From Candidatus Latescibacterota bacterium (lineage in GTDB: Bacteria; Latescibacterota; UBA2968; GCA-2709665): a stretch of DNA of 64,000 nucleotides. The stretch spans positions 352,001-416,000 of the forward strand of contig OZ244937.1 in NCBI GenBank assembly GCA_965222075.1, written 5' to 3'. Of the stretch, positions 40,927-50,275 are shown piece after piece. The translations under genes were made by a program, and so were the position numbers. The notes beneath the pieces were generated by a model, which ran no database searches, was not told where the DNA came from, and saw only the letters and a program-made list of their open reading frames with translations. The number at the start of each line of letters is the position of its first letter. The stretch's first letter is position 1.

Positions 40927-43764
40927 ATGAAGCGTCTTTCACTGGTCCTGGTCGCTTTTCTCCTGGGCTGTGCCACCACCCGGAAACAACCAGCCCAGCC
41001 CCCGGCCGCAGAGGAACAAACCGCCAGCCAGGTTTTGCCCGTGGATCCGCAGGTGCTGGTCGGAGAACTGGACAACGGCCTGCGCTACTTTATCCGCAAA
41101 AACCAGAAGCCCGAGAATAGAGCTGCGCTGCGCCTGGCCGTAAACGTGGGCTCCGTGCTGGAGGAGGAGGACCAGCAGGGCCTGGCCCACTTTGCCGAGC
41201 ACATGGCCTTCAACGGCACCGAGCATTTCGCCAAGCAGGAGCTGGTGGACTACCTGGAGTCCATCGGCATGGACTTTGGCCCCGACCTGAACGCCATCAC
41301 CTCCTTTGACGAAACCGTGTACATGCTGACCGTGCCCACCGACAGCGTCGCCATCGTGGAGACAGCCTTCCAGATTCTGGAGGACTGGGCCCACCGGGTG
41401 AGTTACGAACCCGAAGAAATCGACAAGGAGCGCGGCGTGGTCATCGAAGAGTGGCGCCTGGGACAGGGCGCCCAGCAGCGCATGTTCGACCAGCAGGTGC
41501 CGATCCTGCTGAAAGACTCGCGTTATGCCGAGCGTTTGCCGATCGGCCAGAAGGCGGTGCTGGACACCTTTCACCACGAGACCTTGAAAAATTTCTACAG
41601 GACCTGGTACCGCCCGGACCTGATGGGTTTCGTCGCCGTGGGCGATTTTGACCCGGCCTGGATCGATTCACTGGTCCAGGTCTATTTCACCCGCATCCCC
41701 GGGGTCACCGACCCCCAGGAGCGCAAGGTCTACCCCGTGCCCGACCACGAAGAGACCCTGTTCGCGATTGCCACCGACCCGGAGGCCACCTACAACAGCG
41801 TCAATATCTACTACAAGCAGGACGTGCGCCAGCAGGGTACGGTGGCGGCCTACCGGCAGTCGCTGATCGAGGATCTCTACCACCTCATGTTCAACAAACG
41901 CCTGAATGAATTGACCAGGTTGCCCGAGCCCCCCTTCCTCTACGGCTACTCCGGCCGGGGGCGCCTTCTGCGCTCCAGGGAGTTTTTCATCCTGGGCTCC
42001 AGTGTCTGGAACAACGGCTTTGACGCAGGCCTGGAGGCCCTGTTGACCGAGTCGGCCCGGGTGCGACAGTTCGGTTTCACCCGGTCCGAACTGGAGCGGG
42101 AAAAAAAGGATGTGCTGCGCGGCATGGAGCAGGCCTACCGTGAGCGCGACAAGAGCCAGTCCGGCGGCTTTGCCAGCGAGTACGTGCGCCACTTCCTCAC
42201 CGGGGAGCCCATACCCGGGATCGAGAAGGAGTACGCCCTCTACCAGGAACTGGTACCCGCCATCGAGCTGGGGGAGGTAAACGCCCTGGCCAGCGAGTGG
42301 ACCAGCACCCGGAACCGGGTCATCACCGTGAACGCGCCGGAGAAGGAGGGGCTGGAGGTGCCGGACGAGGAGGATCTGCTGGCGGTATTCGCCCGGGTGG
42401 ATCAAAAGGAAATAACCCCGTATGAAGACGCGGTTTCGGACGACCCCCTGGTGGCCCAGGTGCCGGAGCCGGCCGCCATTGTCGAGCGCGGCGAGATCCT
42501 CGAAATCGGCGTGATCCGGTGGGTTCTGGCCAATGGGGTCCGGGTCTTTCTCAAACCAACCGATTTCAAGAACGACGAGATCCTCTTTACCTCCTATAGT
42601 CCGGGCGGGCATTCGCTGGTGCCGGACCAGGACTACGTGGCGGCGATGACAGCCTCGTCCGTGGTGGGGGAAGGCGGCGTGGCCGGCTTCAACCAGATCA
42701 AGTTGCAGAAAAAGATGGCGGGCAAGGTCGTGGGGGTGTCGCCGTGGATCGGCGGTCTTGAGGAGGGTATCTCCGGCTCGGCCTCTCCCGAAGATATGGG
42801 CACCATGTTCGAGCTGATCTACGCCTACTTCACCAGCCCGCGCCAGGACAGCACCGCCTTCCAGGCCTACCAGACCCGGGTGAAGGGTTTTATCCAGAAC
42901 CGCAGCGCCGCGCCCCAGGCTGCCTTTGTCGATACCATCCAGGTGACCATGGCCCAGTACCACTTCCGGGCGCGGCCCTGGTCGACCGCACTGCTGGATG
43001 AGATGGATCTGGAGACCTCCATGGCGGTCTACCAGGAGCGCTTCGCGGATGCGGGCGACTTTACTTTCTTCTTCGTGGGGAATTTTACTCTGGAGGGGAT
43101 CGAACCCCTGGTGCGGACCTACCTGGGCGGCCTGCCCAGCAGCGGGCGGCAGGAAAACTGGAAGGATGTGGGCATCGAAGCGCCGCAGGGCGTGGTGGAG
43201 AAGAGGGTCTATCGCGGCATCGAACCCAGGAGCCAGTCGCAGCTTATATTCACCGGTCCCTTTGAATACGATGGGTGGCGGAACAACTTTGAGTTCGACG
43301 CCATGACCACGGTTCTCCAGATCAAGCTGCGGGAGGTGCTGCGGGAGGATCTGGCAGGCACCTACGGGGTGCGGGTGGGGGGCAGCGTTTCGCAGTTCCC
43401 GGATCAGGAGTACCACATCAACCTGGGTTTCGGCTGCGACCCGGAACGGGTTGAAGAGTTGACCCGGGTCATCTTCACCCAGATCGACAGTCTTCAGAAC
43501 TTCGGCACCACCGACCTCTACATCAACAAAGTAAAGGAGATGCGCAAGCGCAAACGCGAGGTGGACCTGAAGGAAAACGGCTTCTGGATCAATGTCCTGA
43601 AATGGACCGACTCCCAAGGGATTGACCCGCGCTTGCTGCTTGAGTACCCGGAGTTGGTCGACAGCCTGACCAGCGAAGCGGTGCAGGCGGCGGCAAAGCG
43701 CTACTTCAATATGGACAACTACGTCCGGGTGGTGCTCTATCCGGAGGACATGACCGAACAATAG
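40927..43764 (+). CDS. M16 family zinc peptidase (PqqL-like), predicted lipoprotein
   Basis: Lipobox LLGC, inverted zinc motif HFAEH, ERGVVIEEWR, second L.NG repeat. Confidence 0.92.
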   Translation: MKRLSLVLVAFLLGCATTRKQPAQPPAAEEQTASQVLPVDPQVLVGELDNGLRYFIRKNQKPENRAALRLAVNVGSVLEEEDQQGLAHFAEHMAFNGTEHFAKQELVDYLESIGMDFGPDLNAITSFDETVYMLTVPTDSVAIVETAFQILEDWAHRVSYEPEEIDKERGVVIEEWRLGQGAQQRMFDQQVPILLKDSRYAERLPIGQKAVLDTFHHETLKNFYRTWYRPDLMGFVAVGDFDPAWIDSLVQVYFTRIPGVTDPQERKVYPVPDHEETLFAIATDPEATYNSVNIYYKQDVRQQGTVAAYRQSLIEDLYHLMFNKRLNELTRLPEPPFLYGYSGRGRLLRSREFFILGSSVWNNGFDAGLEALLTESARVRQFGFTRSELEREKKDVLRGMEQAYRERDKSQSGGFASEYVRHFLTGEPIPGIEKEYALYQELVPAIELGEVNALASEWTSTRNRVITVNAPEKEGLEVPDEEDLLAVFARVDQKEITPYEDAVSDDPLVAQVPEPAAIVERGEILEIGVIRWVLANGVRVFLKPTDFKNDEILFTSYSPGGHSLVPDQDYVAAMTASSVVGEGGVAGFNQIKLQKKMAGKVVGVSPWIGGLEEGISGSASPEDMGTMFELIYAYFTSPRQDSTAFQAYQTRVKGFIQNRSAAPQAAFVDTIQVTMAQYHFRARPWSTALLDEMDLETSMAVYQERFADAGDFTFFFVGNFTLEGIEPLVRTYLGGLPSSGRQENWKDVGIEAPQGVVEKRVYRGIEPRSQSQLIFTGPFEYDGWRNNFEFDAMTTVLQIKLREVLREDLAGTYGVRVGGSVSQFPDQEYHINLGFGCDPERVEELTRVIFTQIDSLQNFGTTDLYINKVKEMRKRKREVDLKENGFWINVLKWTDSQGIDPRLLLEYPELVDSLTSEAVQAAAKRYFNMDNYVRVVLYPEDMTEQ

Positions 43765-43791
43765 AGCACCCCCCTTCAGGAAACCGCACCT

Positions 43792-46320
43792 ATGAACGAA
43801 GCCACAGCGCGTATCAAGATCAACAAGCTGCTCGAAGCAGCCGGGTGGCGCTTTTTCGACGAAGCGGACAAACCCGCCAATATTTGTCTCGAACCGAGTG
43901 TCAAGATCGGGAGGTCCGACCTTGACGCATTGGGCGACAATTTCGAGAAGACGACCGGCTATATCGATTTTCTCCTGTTGGACGACAGAGGCTTGCCTCT
44001 GATCGTGTTAGAGGCCAAGTCGGAGGAGAAGCAGCCGCTGGTGGGAAAGGAACAGGCACGGAAGTACGCCCGCTCGCAGAACTGCCGGTTTGTTATTCTC
44101 TCGAATGGCAATCTGCATTATTTCTGGGACCTCGAACGCGGCAATCCGTACATCATCACTTCGTTCCCGACGCCGGAGTCGGTGAGTGGCTACAACAAGG
44201 TCAGGCCCGACCCAAAGCGCTTGATCGATGAGCAGATCCGTGAGGATTACATCGTTCTTTCCCAGCGGCCCAATTATGCTTCCGAAGCGGCGTGGAAGAA
44301 CGAAGCCGAACGGCCCGGCTTCATCAAAGCCCACAAGCTGCACTTTCTGCGTGCGTATCAACTGAAAGCCATTCACGCGCTGCAGCGGGCGGTGAAAGAC
44401 GGCAACGACCGGTTTCTGTTCGAGATGGCTACGGGTACGGGTAAGACGCTGGTGGCGGGAGCGATTATCAAGCTCTTTCTGCGCTCCGGCAACGCCTCTC
44501 GGGTGCTGTTCCTGGTGGACCGCCTCGAGCTGGAGGAGCAGGCCAGGAAGGTCTTCGCCGCCTTGTTATCAGCGGACTTTCGGACGGTGGTTTACAAAGA
44601 GAAACGCGACGACTGGCGCTCAGCGGAGATCGTTGTTACCACCGTCCAGTCGCTGCTGTTCAACAACAAGTACCAGGCGCTCTTCTCGCCGACTGATTTC
44701 GATCTCGTGATTTCTGACGAAGCGCATCGGTCCATCAGTGGCAATGCCCGGGCGGTGTTCGACTACTTCGTCGGGTACAAGCTGGGCCTTACCGCGACGC
44801 CTCGAGACTACCTGAGGGGATTTGGCAAGACCGGCCCCAATGTTCACACCCCTCGTGAGGTTGAGCGGAGGCTGTTGCTCGACACGTACCGCACATTTGG
44901 GTGCGAGAGCGGGCAGCCCACGTTCAGGTACTCGCTGCTCGATGGCGTGAAGGACGGCTATCTGATCAATCCTACGGTGGTGGACGCCCGCACCGAGGTG
45001 ACTACCCAATTGCTTGCAGATGACGGTTTCGTGGTCTCCTTCACCGACGATACGGGGGAGGAGCAGGATGAGACGTTCAGGCAGCGCGAGTTTGAGAAGC
45101 GTTTCTTCTCCGATGCAACCAACCAGGTTTTCTGCAAAACGTTTCTTGAGCATGCGCTGCGCGATCCCGTCAGTGGCGAAGTCGGCAAGTCCATCGTTTT
45201 TGCGGTCAGCCAGAACCACGCGGCCAGGCTGACGCAGACTCTCAATGAGATGGCCGATGTCATGTTTCCGGGCAAGTATCAATCGGACTTCGCCGTGCAG
45301 GTCACCTCGCAGATACCGGATGCTCAGCAGTTCACGATCAACTTTGCCAACAACAATCTGCTGGGATCGGACAATTTTCTCTCCGCCTACCGGACGAGCA
45401 AAGCGCGGGTTTGTGTGACGGTTGGGATGATGACCACCGGCTACGACTGCACCGATATTCTGAATCTGGGTCTGTTTCGGCCCATTTTCTCACCTACCGA
45501 CTTCATCCAGATCAAAGGGCGCGGCACGCGGACACACAGCTTCCTGGAGCAGGTACTCGATTCAAGCCTGGCGGAGGGTGTGGTCCAGCCCGATAAGACC
45601 GCGTTCAAGCTGTTCGATTTCTTTGGCAACTGCGAGTACTTCGAGACCGCGTTCGACTACGACGAGGTGTTGAAGCTGCCTGTCTATAAAGATGTCCGTG
45701 AGAGAGGGGGCGGGGAATCGCCCGGCTCCGACGCAGGCGCCTACGCGTACCTGGGCAGGGACATCCTCTCCACGATCGGGGAGGAGACCATCGGTTCGGA
45801 GGGGATGAAGATCGACCGCATGTTCTTTGAGAAGTTCGAGGATGCCGTGCGACAGGACGAGGTCATCGCAGCAGCCGTCGAGGCCGGGCAGTGGGACCGG
45901 GTGATCGACTATGTCAACCAGGAGGTTTTCGACCGGCCCGAGGAGTATTACACCCTGGCCAAGCTGCGCCAGGCCGCGGCCGTGGACCGCCGCCTCACTT
46001 TGCGCGAGATTCTGGAGAAGGCGTTCGGGCTGATCCCGCATTTCAAATCCAGGGACGAAATGCTGGAGGAGGAATTCGCCAAGTTCGTGGCTGACTATAC
46101 GCCCGAAGAGGTCGCGTCCATCCCGGCGATCAAGACGTATTTCAAGGCGTACGTGACGAGCGACCAGATCCGCCACATTATCGAAAACCGGCATTTCACC
46201 GACCTGGCCACCAACCCGGTTTTCTCTACGCAGGACCTGCGCGCCGTGCCGGAAAAATACCGCGGCCTTGTTCCCGAGTACGTCAAGGATTATGTGCCGT
46301 TGAACCAGTTTGCTGCATAG
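43792..46320 (+). CDS. hsdR: Type I restriction enzyme R subunit (EcoEI-like)
   Basis: ID-x-LEAK nuclease motif, MATGTGKT Walker A, DEAHR, LTATP, TTGYD, QIKGRGTR. Confidence 0.9.
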   Translation: MNEATARIKINKLLEAAGWRFFDEADKPANICLEPSVKIGRSDLDALGDNFEKTTGYIDFLLLDDRGLPLIVLEAKSEEKQPLVGKEQARKYARSQNCRFVILSNGNLHYFWDLERGNPYIITSFPTPESVSGYNKVRPDPKRLIDEQIREDYIVLSQRPNYASEAAWKNEAERPGFIKAHKLHFLRAYQLKAIHALQRAVKDGNDRFLFEMATGTGKTLVAGAIIKLFLRSGNASRVLFLVDRLELEEQARKVFAALLSADFRTVVYKEKRDDWRSAEIVVTTVQSLLFNNKYQALFSPTDFDLVISDEAHRSISGNARAVFDYFVGYKLGLTATPRDYLRGFGKTGPNVHTPREVERRLLLDTYRTFGCESGQPTFRYSLLDGVKDGYLINPTVVDARTEVTTQLLADDGFVVSFTDDTGEEQDETFRQREFEKRFFSDATNQVFCKTFLEHALRDPVSGEVGKSIVFAVSQNHAARLTQTLNEMADVMFPGKYQSDFAVQVTSQIPDAQQFTINFANNNLLGSDNFLSAYRTSKARVCVTVGMMTTGYDCTDILNLGLFRPIFSPTDFIQIKGRGTRTHSFLEQVLDSSLAEGVVQPDKTAFKLFDFFGNCEYFETAFDYDEVLKLPVYKDVRERGGGESPGSDAGAYAYLGRDILSTIGEETIGSEGMKIDRMFFEKFEDAVRQDEVIAAAVEAGQWDRVIDYVNQEVFDRPEEYYTLAKLRQAAAVDRRLTLREILEKAFGLIPHFKSRDEMLEEEFAKFVADYTPEEVASIPAIKTYFKAYVTSDQIRHIIENRHFTDLATNPVFSTQDLRAVPEKYRGLVPEYVKDYVPLNQFAA

Positions 46321-46327
46321 GGAACAT

Positions 46328-46475
46328 GGATAGACAGGATAGACAGGATAGACAGGATAGACAGGATAGACAGGATAGACAGGATAGACAGGATAGACAG
46401 GATAGACAGGATAGACAGGATAGATAGGATAGACAGGATAGATAGGATAGACAGGATAGACAGGATAGACAGGAT
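46328..46475 (+). repeat. 9-bp tandem repeat (GGATAGACA)x16.4; expanded left arm of the palindromic element
   Basis: Period-9 array; units 11 and 13 are GGATAGATA variants. Confidence 0.97.
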
Positions 46476-46481
46476 GAGAAG

Positions 46482-46862
46482 ATGCTGCACGCGAGGCTGA
46501 CTCGCTCGATTATCGGGTGCGCGTTTGAGGTGATCAATGAGCTTGGGAGCGGGTTTTTGGAATCCGTATATGAGAAGGCGATGATGGTTGCTCTATCCGA
46601 TGTCGGAGTTTCCTTTGAGGTCCAAAAGCCCATCGGAGTGAGTTTTCGTGGAAAGCCCGTTGGCGATTTCTACGCGGATATTCTTGTCGAAGACAAAGTG
46701 ATCGTCGAACTCAAAGCGGTGAAGGCTCTGGCGCCAGAGCATGAAGCCCAGGTCATCAACTATTTGAATGCGACCGGCGTCGAGGTCGGACTGCTGATCA
46801 ACTTCGGGAGTCCGAGACTGGAATTCAAACGCTTTACACGGAGTAAGAATAAACATGGATAG
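46482..46862 (+). CDS. GxxExxY family PD-(D/E)XK-like protein
   Basis: LGSGFLESVYE (GxxExxY), ADILVEDKVIVELKA, QVINYL, GLLINFG. Confidence 0.93.
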   Translation: MLHARLTRSIIGCAFEVINELGSGFLESVYEKAMMVALSDVGVSFEVQKPIGVSFRGKPVGDFYADILVEDKVIVELKAVKALAPEHEAQVINYLNATGVEVGLLINFGSPRLEFKRFTRSKNKHG

Positions 46863-46912
46863 ACAGGATGGACAGGATAGAATCAACGGCCTGAAATCCT
46901 GTTCATCCATGT
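46853..46912. repeat. Palindromic element copy after GxxExxY
   Basis: ACATGGATAGACAGGATGGACAGGAT...CCTGAAATCCTGTTCATCCATGT. Confidence 0.85.
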
Positions 46913-46936
46913 GAATAAATCAGAAGACGGGAGTTA

Positions 46937-47161
46937 GTGATGACCAGACAGTTGACAGCAATTATCGAACGCGAAGGCGATGGCTACGTCGCCCTCTGCG
47001 CTGAGTTGGACATTGCGAGTCAGGGGGCAACCGTGGCTGAGGCTCGGGAAAATTTGAAGGAGGCATTGGAGTTGTTTTTCGAGACGGCTTCAGCCACCGA
47101 AATTCAGCAGCGGCTGCACGAGGAAGTGTACGTAACGCAGGTGGAGGTCGCAGTTGGCTAA
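46937..47161 (+). CDS. hicB: HicB family antitoxin (short)
   Basis: EREGDGYVALC.ELDIASQG.T..EA..NL.EA. Confidence 0.88.
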   Translation: MMTRQLTAIIEREGDGYVALCAELDIASQGATVAEARENLKEALELFFETASATEIQQRLHEEVYVTQVEVAVG

Positions 47162-47372
47162 ACTCCGGGTATTATCAGGCCGGGAAGCCTGCGGAATACT
47201 TGCGAATCACGGATTTATCGAGGTCCGGCGCAGGGGTAGCCATGTAATCATGCAAAAGGTCGAGCCCAGCAGCACCATCACCGTCCCGGTTCCTGACCAC
47301 AGGGAACTGCGGATGGGAACGCTGATGTCAATCATTAGGCAATCGGGGCTGCCCAGAACATTGTTCGAGTAA
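47154..47372 (+). CDS. hicA: HicA family toxin
   Basis: GF.EVRRRGSH, VPVPDH.EL..GTL.SIIRQSG. Confidence 0.88.
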   Translation: MAKLRVLSGREACGILANHGFIEVRRRGSHVIMQKVEPSSTITVPVPDHRELRMGTLMSIIRQSGLPRTLFE

Positions 47373-47420
47373 AGTACATCATTTGCCGTTGTACACGCAC
47401 AATTCGTCATTGATGCGCAG

Positions 47421-47471
47421 ATGGAGGGGAAGATACGGGCGGTCATTGGGCGGGTGTGGGGTGACGAGTAA
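47421..47471 (+). pseudogene. Orphan 3' tail of an hsdS-like gene
   Basis: Translates MEGKIRAVIGRVWGDE*, matching FEKKIRDVVGRVWG at the end of HsdM-S (50043-50084). Confidence 0.7.
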
Positions 47472-47542
47472 CATGGATACACAGGATAGGCAGGATGAAA
47501 AACTGAAAATCCTGAAATCCTGTTCATCCTGTCCATCCATGT
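47471..47542. repeat. Palindromic element, empty copy
   Basis: ACATGGATACACAGGATAGGCAGGAT...ATCCTGAAATCCTGTTCATCCTGTCCATCCATGT. Confidence 0.9.
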
Positions 47543-47558
47543 AAATTAAGGAGATCGC

Positions 47559-50126
47559 ATGCTTGATGCCGAAACGAAACGCCGCATCGACACCGCCCGC
47601 GATATTCTCGTGGGCAAGGTGCCCGACCCCAAGAGCCAGGTTGAGCAGATTACCATCGCGCTGATCTACAAGTTTATGGACGATATGGATGCCGGGAGCG
47701 AGGAATTCGGGGGTGTGCGCAAGTTCTTTGCCGGCGAGTTCGCCCGCTTCGGCTGGGCCAGGCTGATGCGCTCCGGCCTGGGCGGGCACGAGATGCTCAA
47801 TCTCTACGCTGAGGCCATTGTCAAGATGCCGGAGAACCCCGGCATTCCGGCGCTTTTCCGGGATATTTTCCAGAATGCCTTTTTGCCCTACCGCGATCCG
47901 GAGACTCTGCGCGCTTTCTTGAAGGTCATCGACGAGTTCACCTACGATCACAGCGAACGGCTGGGCGACGCCTTTGAGTATCTGCTTTCGGTCCTGGGCT
48001 CGCAGGGTGACGCCGGGCAGTTCCGCACGCCGCGCCATATTATCGATTTTATCGTGTCGGTGGTCGATCCGAAGAAGGAAGAGACTGTGCTCGACCCGGC
48101 CTGCGGTACCGCCGGGTTCCTGATTTCGTCGTACAAGCATATTCTGGAGGCCAATACCGACGATGAGGGGAACAGTACGCTCACGCCGGACGAGAGAGGC
48201 AAACTCGCGGCCAATTTCAAGGGCTATGATATTTCGCCGGATATGGTGCGCCTGTCGCTGGTGAATCTGTACCTGCACGGCTTTGCCGATCCGCATATCT
48301 TTGAATACGACACGCTGACGAGCGAGGATCGCTGGAACGAGTATGCCGATGTGATTTTGGCCAATCCGCCGTTTATGTCGCCCAAGGGCGGCATCCGCCC
48401 GCACAGCCGCTTTTCGGTGAAGTCCAAACGCAGCGAAGTGCTGTTCGTGGACTATATGGCGGAGCATCTGACGCCTGCGGGGCGCGCCGGTATTATTGTG
48501 CCGGAGGGCATTATCTTTCAGAGCCAGAACGCCTATAAGCAGTTGCGCAAGGTGCTGGTGGAAAATTATCTGGTGGCCGTCATTTCGTTGCCGGCGGGCG
48601 TGTTTCAGCCCTATTCAGGGGTCAAGACGTCCATTCTGCTGCTGGACAGGGCGCTGGCGAAAAAGACGGACCGCATCGCGTTTTTCAAGGTGGAAAACGA
48701 TGGGTTTGATCTGGGGGCGCAGCGGCGGGAGATTGCGGAGAACGACTTGCCGCAGGTGACGGAGAAGCTTGGCGAATATCTGGGGCGGCTACGGGCGGGC
48801 GAGTCGGTGTACGACTTCGAGCCGGCGCCGACCGCTCGTGTGGCGGAACCTGGGGTGGAGTATACAACGGACAGTTTTCAACCCACATTTGGGCTGATCG
48901 CCGATAAGGAGAAGATTGCGGCGGGTGGGGAGTATAATCTGAGTGGGGAGCGGTATCGGACTGAACACTCCATCCGATCCGATTGGCCTTCTGTGAGAGT
49001 GAGAGATGTATTCAAGAAGGCGGAGGAAACTGTCTTGCCTATGTCGCTCCGTGGTCCCGTGAGCTACGTAGGGCTTAAAAATATTACGCAGACCAGCGGT
49101 CAACTATCAGGGAATATCACGACCGATAATCCAGCAGAGATCAAGAGTCTGAAGAATGTCTTCTGTCCCGGCGACATTCTCTATGGAAAGCTACGGCCGA
49201 ATCTCAACAAGGTCTGGCTCTCGGATCGGAAGGGAATCTGCTCGACAGATATATTCGTTGTTCGGCCTCTGGATGAACGTGTTTTACCAGCCTTGTACGC
49301 CTACGTCTTTCGAAGTGGTCACTTCAATGATGCAGTCTTGGGCCAACTCAAAGGTGCACAGCTTCCGCGTATAGGTTGGCAGTCGTTTGCAAACCTCGAA
49401 ATCCCCCTACCGCCGCTGGAGGTGCAGCGGGAGATTGTGGCGGAGATAGAGGGGTATCAGCGGGTGATAGACGGGGCGCGGGCGGTGATTGACAACTACC
49501 GGCCGCATATTGTGGTTGATCCTGAGTGGCCGGCAAAAGAGCTATCTGAAGTCGCAATCAGAATCACTGACGACACCCATACAACTCCAAATTACACAGA
49601 CTCAGGGATTCCTTTTCTCCGGGTCACTGATATTACTAAAAGCAACGCATCAAAAAAGTTTATCTCTGAAGAGGAACATATGAAGCTCATTAAAAGGTGC
49701 CATCCACAGAAGGGAGATGTCCTATATTCAAAAAATGGCACAATCGGAGTTGCGAAGGTAATTGATTGGGAAGGGGATTTCAGCATCTTCGTAAGCCTTG
49801 CTCTGATCAAGCCGCGTCGAGAATTAGTAAACTCTCGTTATCTTGAGTATTTCCTGAATTCGGACACCGCTTATGCACAGGCTACATCTCGATCAAAATC
49901 CGGAACGGTGACTAACCTTCACTTGGTAGATATCAAGACAATTAAAATCCCTCTTCCACCTCTAATCAAGCAGCAAGAAGTCGTCGCCGAGATCGAAGCC
50001 GAGCAGGCACTGGTGGATGCTAACCGGGAGTTGATTGAGCGATTTGAGAAGAAGATACGGGATGTGGTGGGGCGGGTGTGGGGGTTAAGTACCATGGATA
50101 AACAGGATAGACAGGATGAAAACTGA
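47559..50126 (+). CDS. Fused type I N6-adenine methyltransferase and specificity subunit (HsdM-HsdS)
   Basis: GQFRTPR, DPACGTAGFL, NPPF; two lower-GC TRDs each followed by IPLPPL..Q.E.VAEIE. Confidence 0.92.
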   Translation: MLDAETKRRIDTARDILVGKVPDPKSQVEQITIALIYKFMDDMDAGSEEFGGVRKFFAGEFARFGWARLMRSGLGGHEMLNLYAEAIVKMPENPGIPALFRDIFQNAFLPYRDPETLRAFLKVIDEFTYDHSERLGDAFEYLLSVLGSQGDAGQFRTPRHIIDFIVSVVDPKKEETVLDPACGTAGFLISSYKHILEANTDDEGNSTLTPDERGKLAANFKGYDISPDMVRLSLVNLYLHGFADPHIFEYDTLTSEDRWNEYADVILANPPFMSPKGGIRPHSRFSVKSKRSEVLFVDYMAEHLTPAGRAGIIVPEGIIFQSQNAYKQLRKVLVENYLVAVISLPAGVFQPYSGVKTSILLLDRALAKKTDRIAFFKVENDGFDLGAQRREIAENDLPQVTEKLGEYLGRLRAGESVYDFEPAPTARVAEPGVEYTTDSFQPTFGLIADKEKIAAGGEYNLSGERYRTEHSIRSDWPSVRVRDVFKKAEETVLPMSLRGPVSYVGLKNITQTSGQLSGNITTDNPAEIKSLKNVFCPGDILYGKLRPNLNKVWLSDRKGICSTDIFVVRPLDERVLPALYAYVFRSGHFNDAVLGQLKGAQLPRIGWQSFANLEIPLPPLEVQREIVAEIEGYQRVIDGARAVIDNYRPHIVVDPEWPAKELSEVAIRITDDTHTTPNYTDSGIPFLRVTDITKSNASKKFISEEEHMKLIKRCHPQKGDVLYSKNGTIGVAKVIDWEGDFSIFVSLALIKPRRELVNSRYLEYFLNSDTAYAQATSRSKSGTVTNLHLVDIKTIKIPLPPLIKQQEVVAEIEAEQALVDANRELIERFEKKIRDVVGRVWGLSTMDKQDRQDEN

Positions 50127-50162
50127 AAACCCTGAAATTCTGTTCATCCTGTCTATCCACTT
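50092..50162. repeat. Palindromic element, empty copy overlapping hsdMS stop
   Basis: CATGGATAAACAGGATAGACAGGAT...TCTGTTCATCCTGTCTATCCA. Confidence 0.9.
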
Positions 50163-50275
50163 GAATAAAGTAGATAAGAAAGGCCGGAGTCTGCGGTGAC
50201 TTGGCAGGCGACGGCGTATTGCATCCCTCTACATTCGGGGGGCCATTCGGGGCTCGTCGAGGAAAGGAGAGAACA

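Noticed and set aside
46328-46475. CRISPR array
   Set aside because: Contiguous 9-bp units with no spacers and no cas genes; it is a microsatellite.
46283-46633. Minus-strand ORFs with SCL/ILS repeats
   Set aside because: They are translations of the 9-bp array and overlap the GxxExxY gene.
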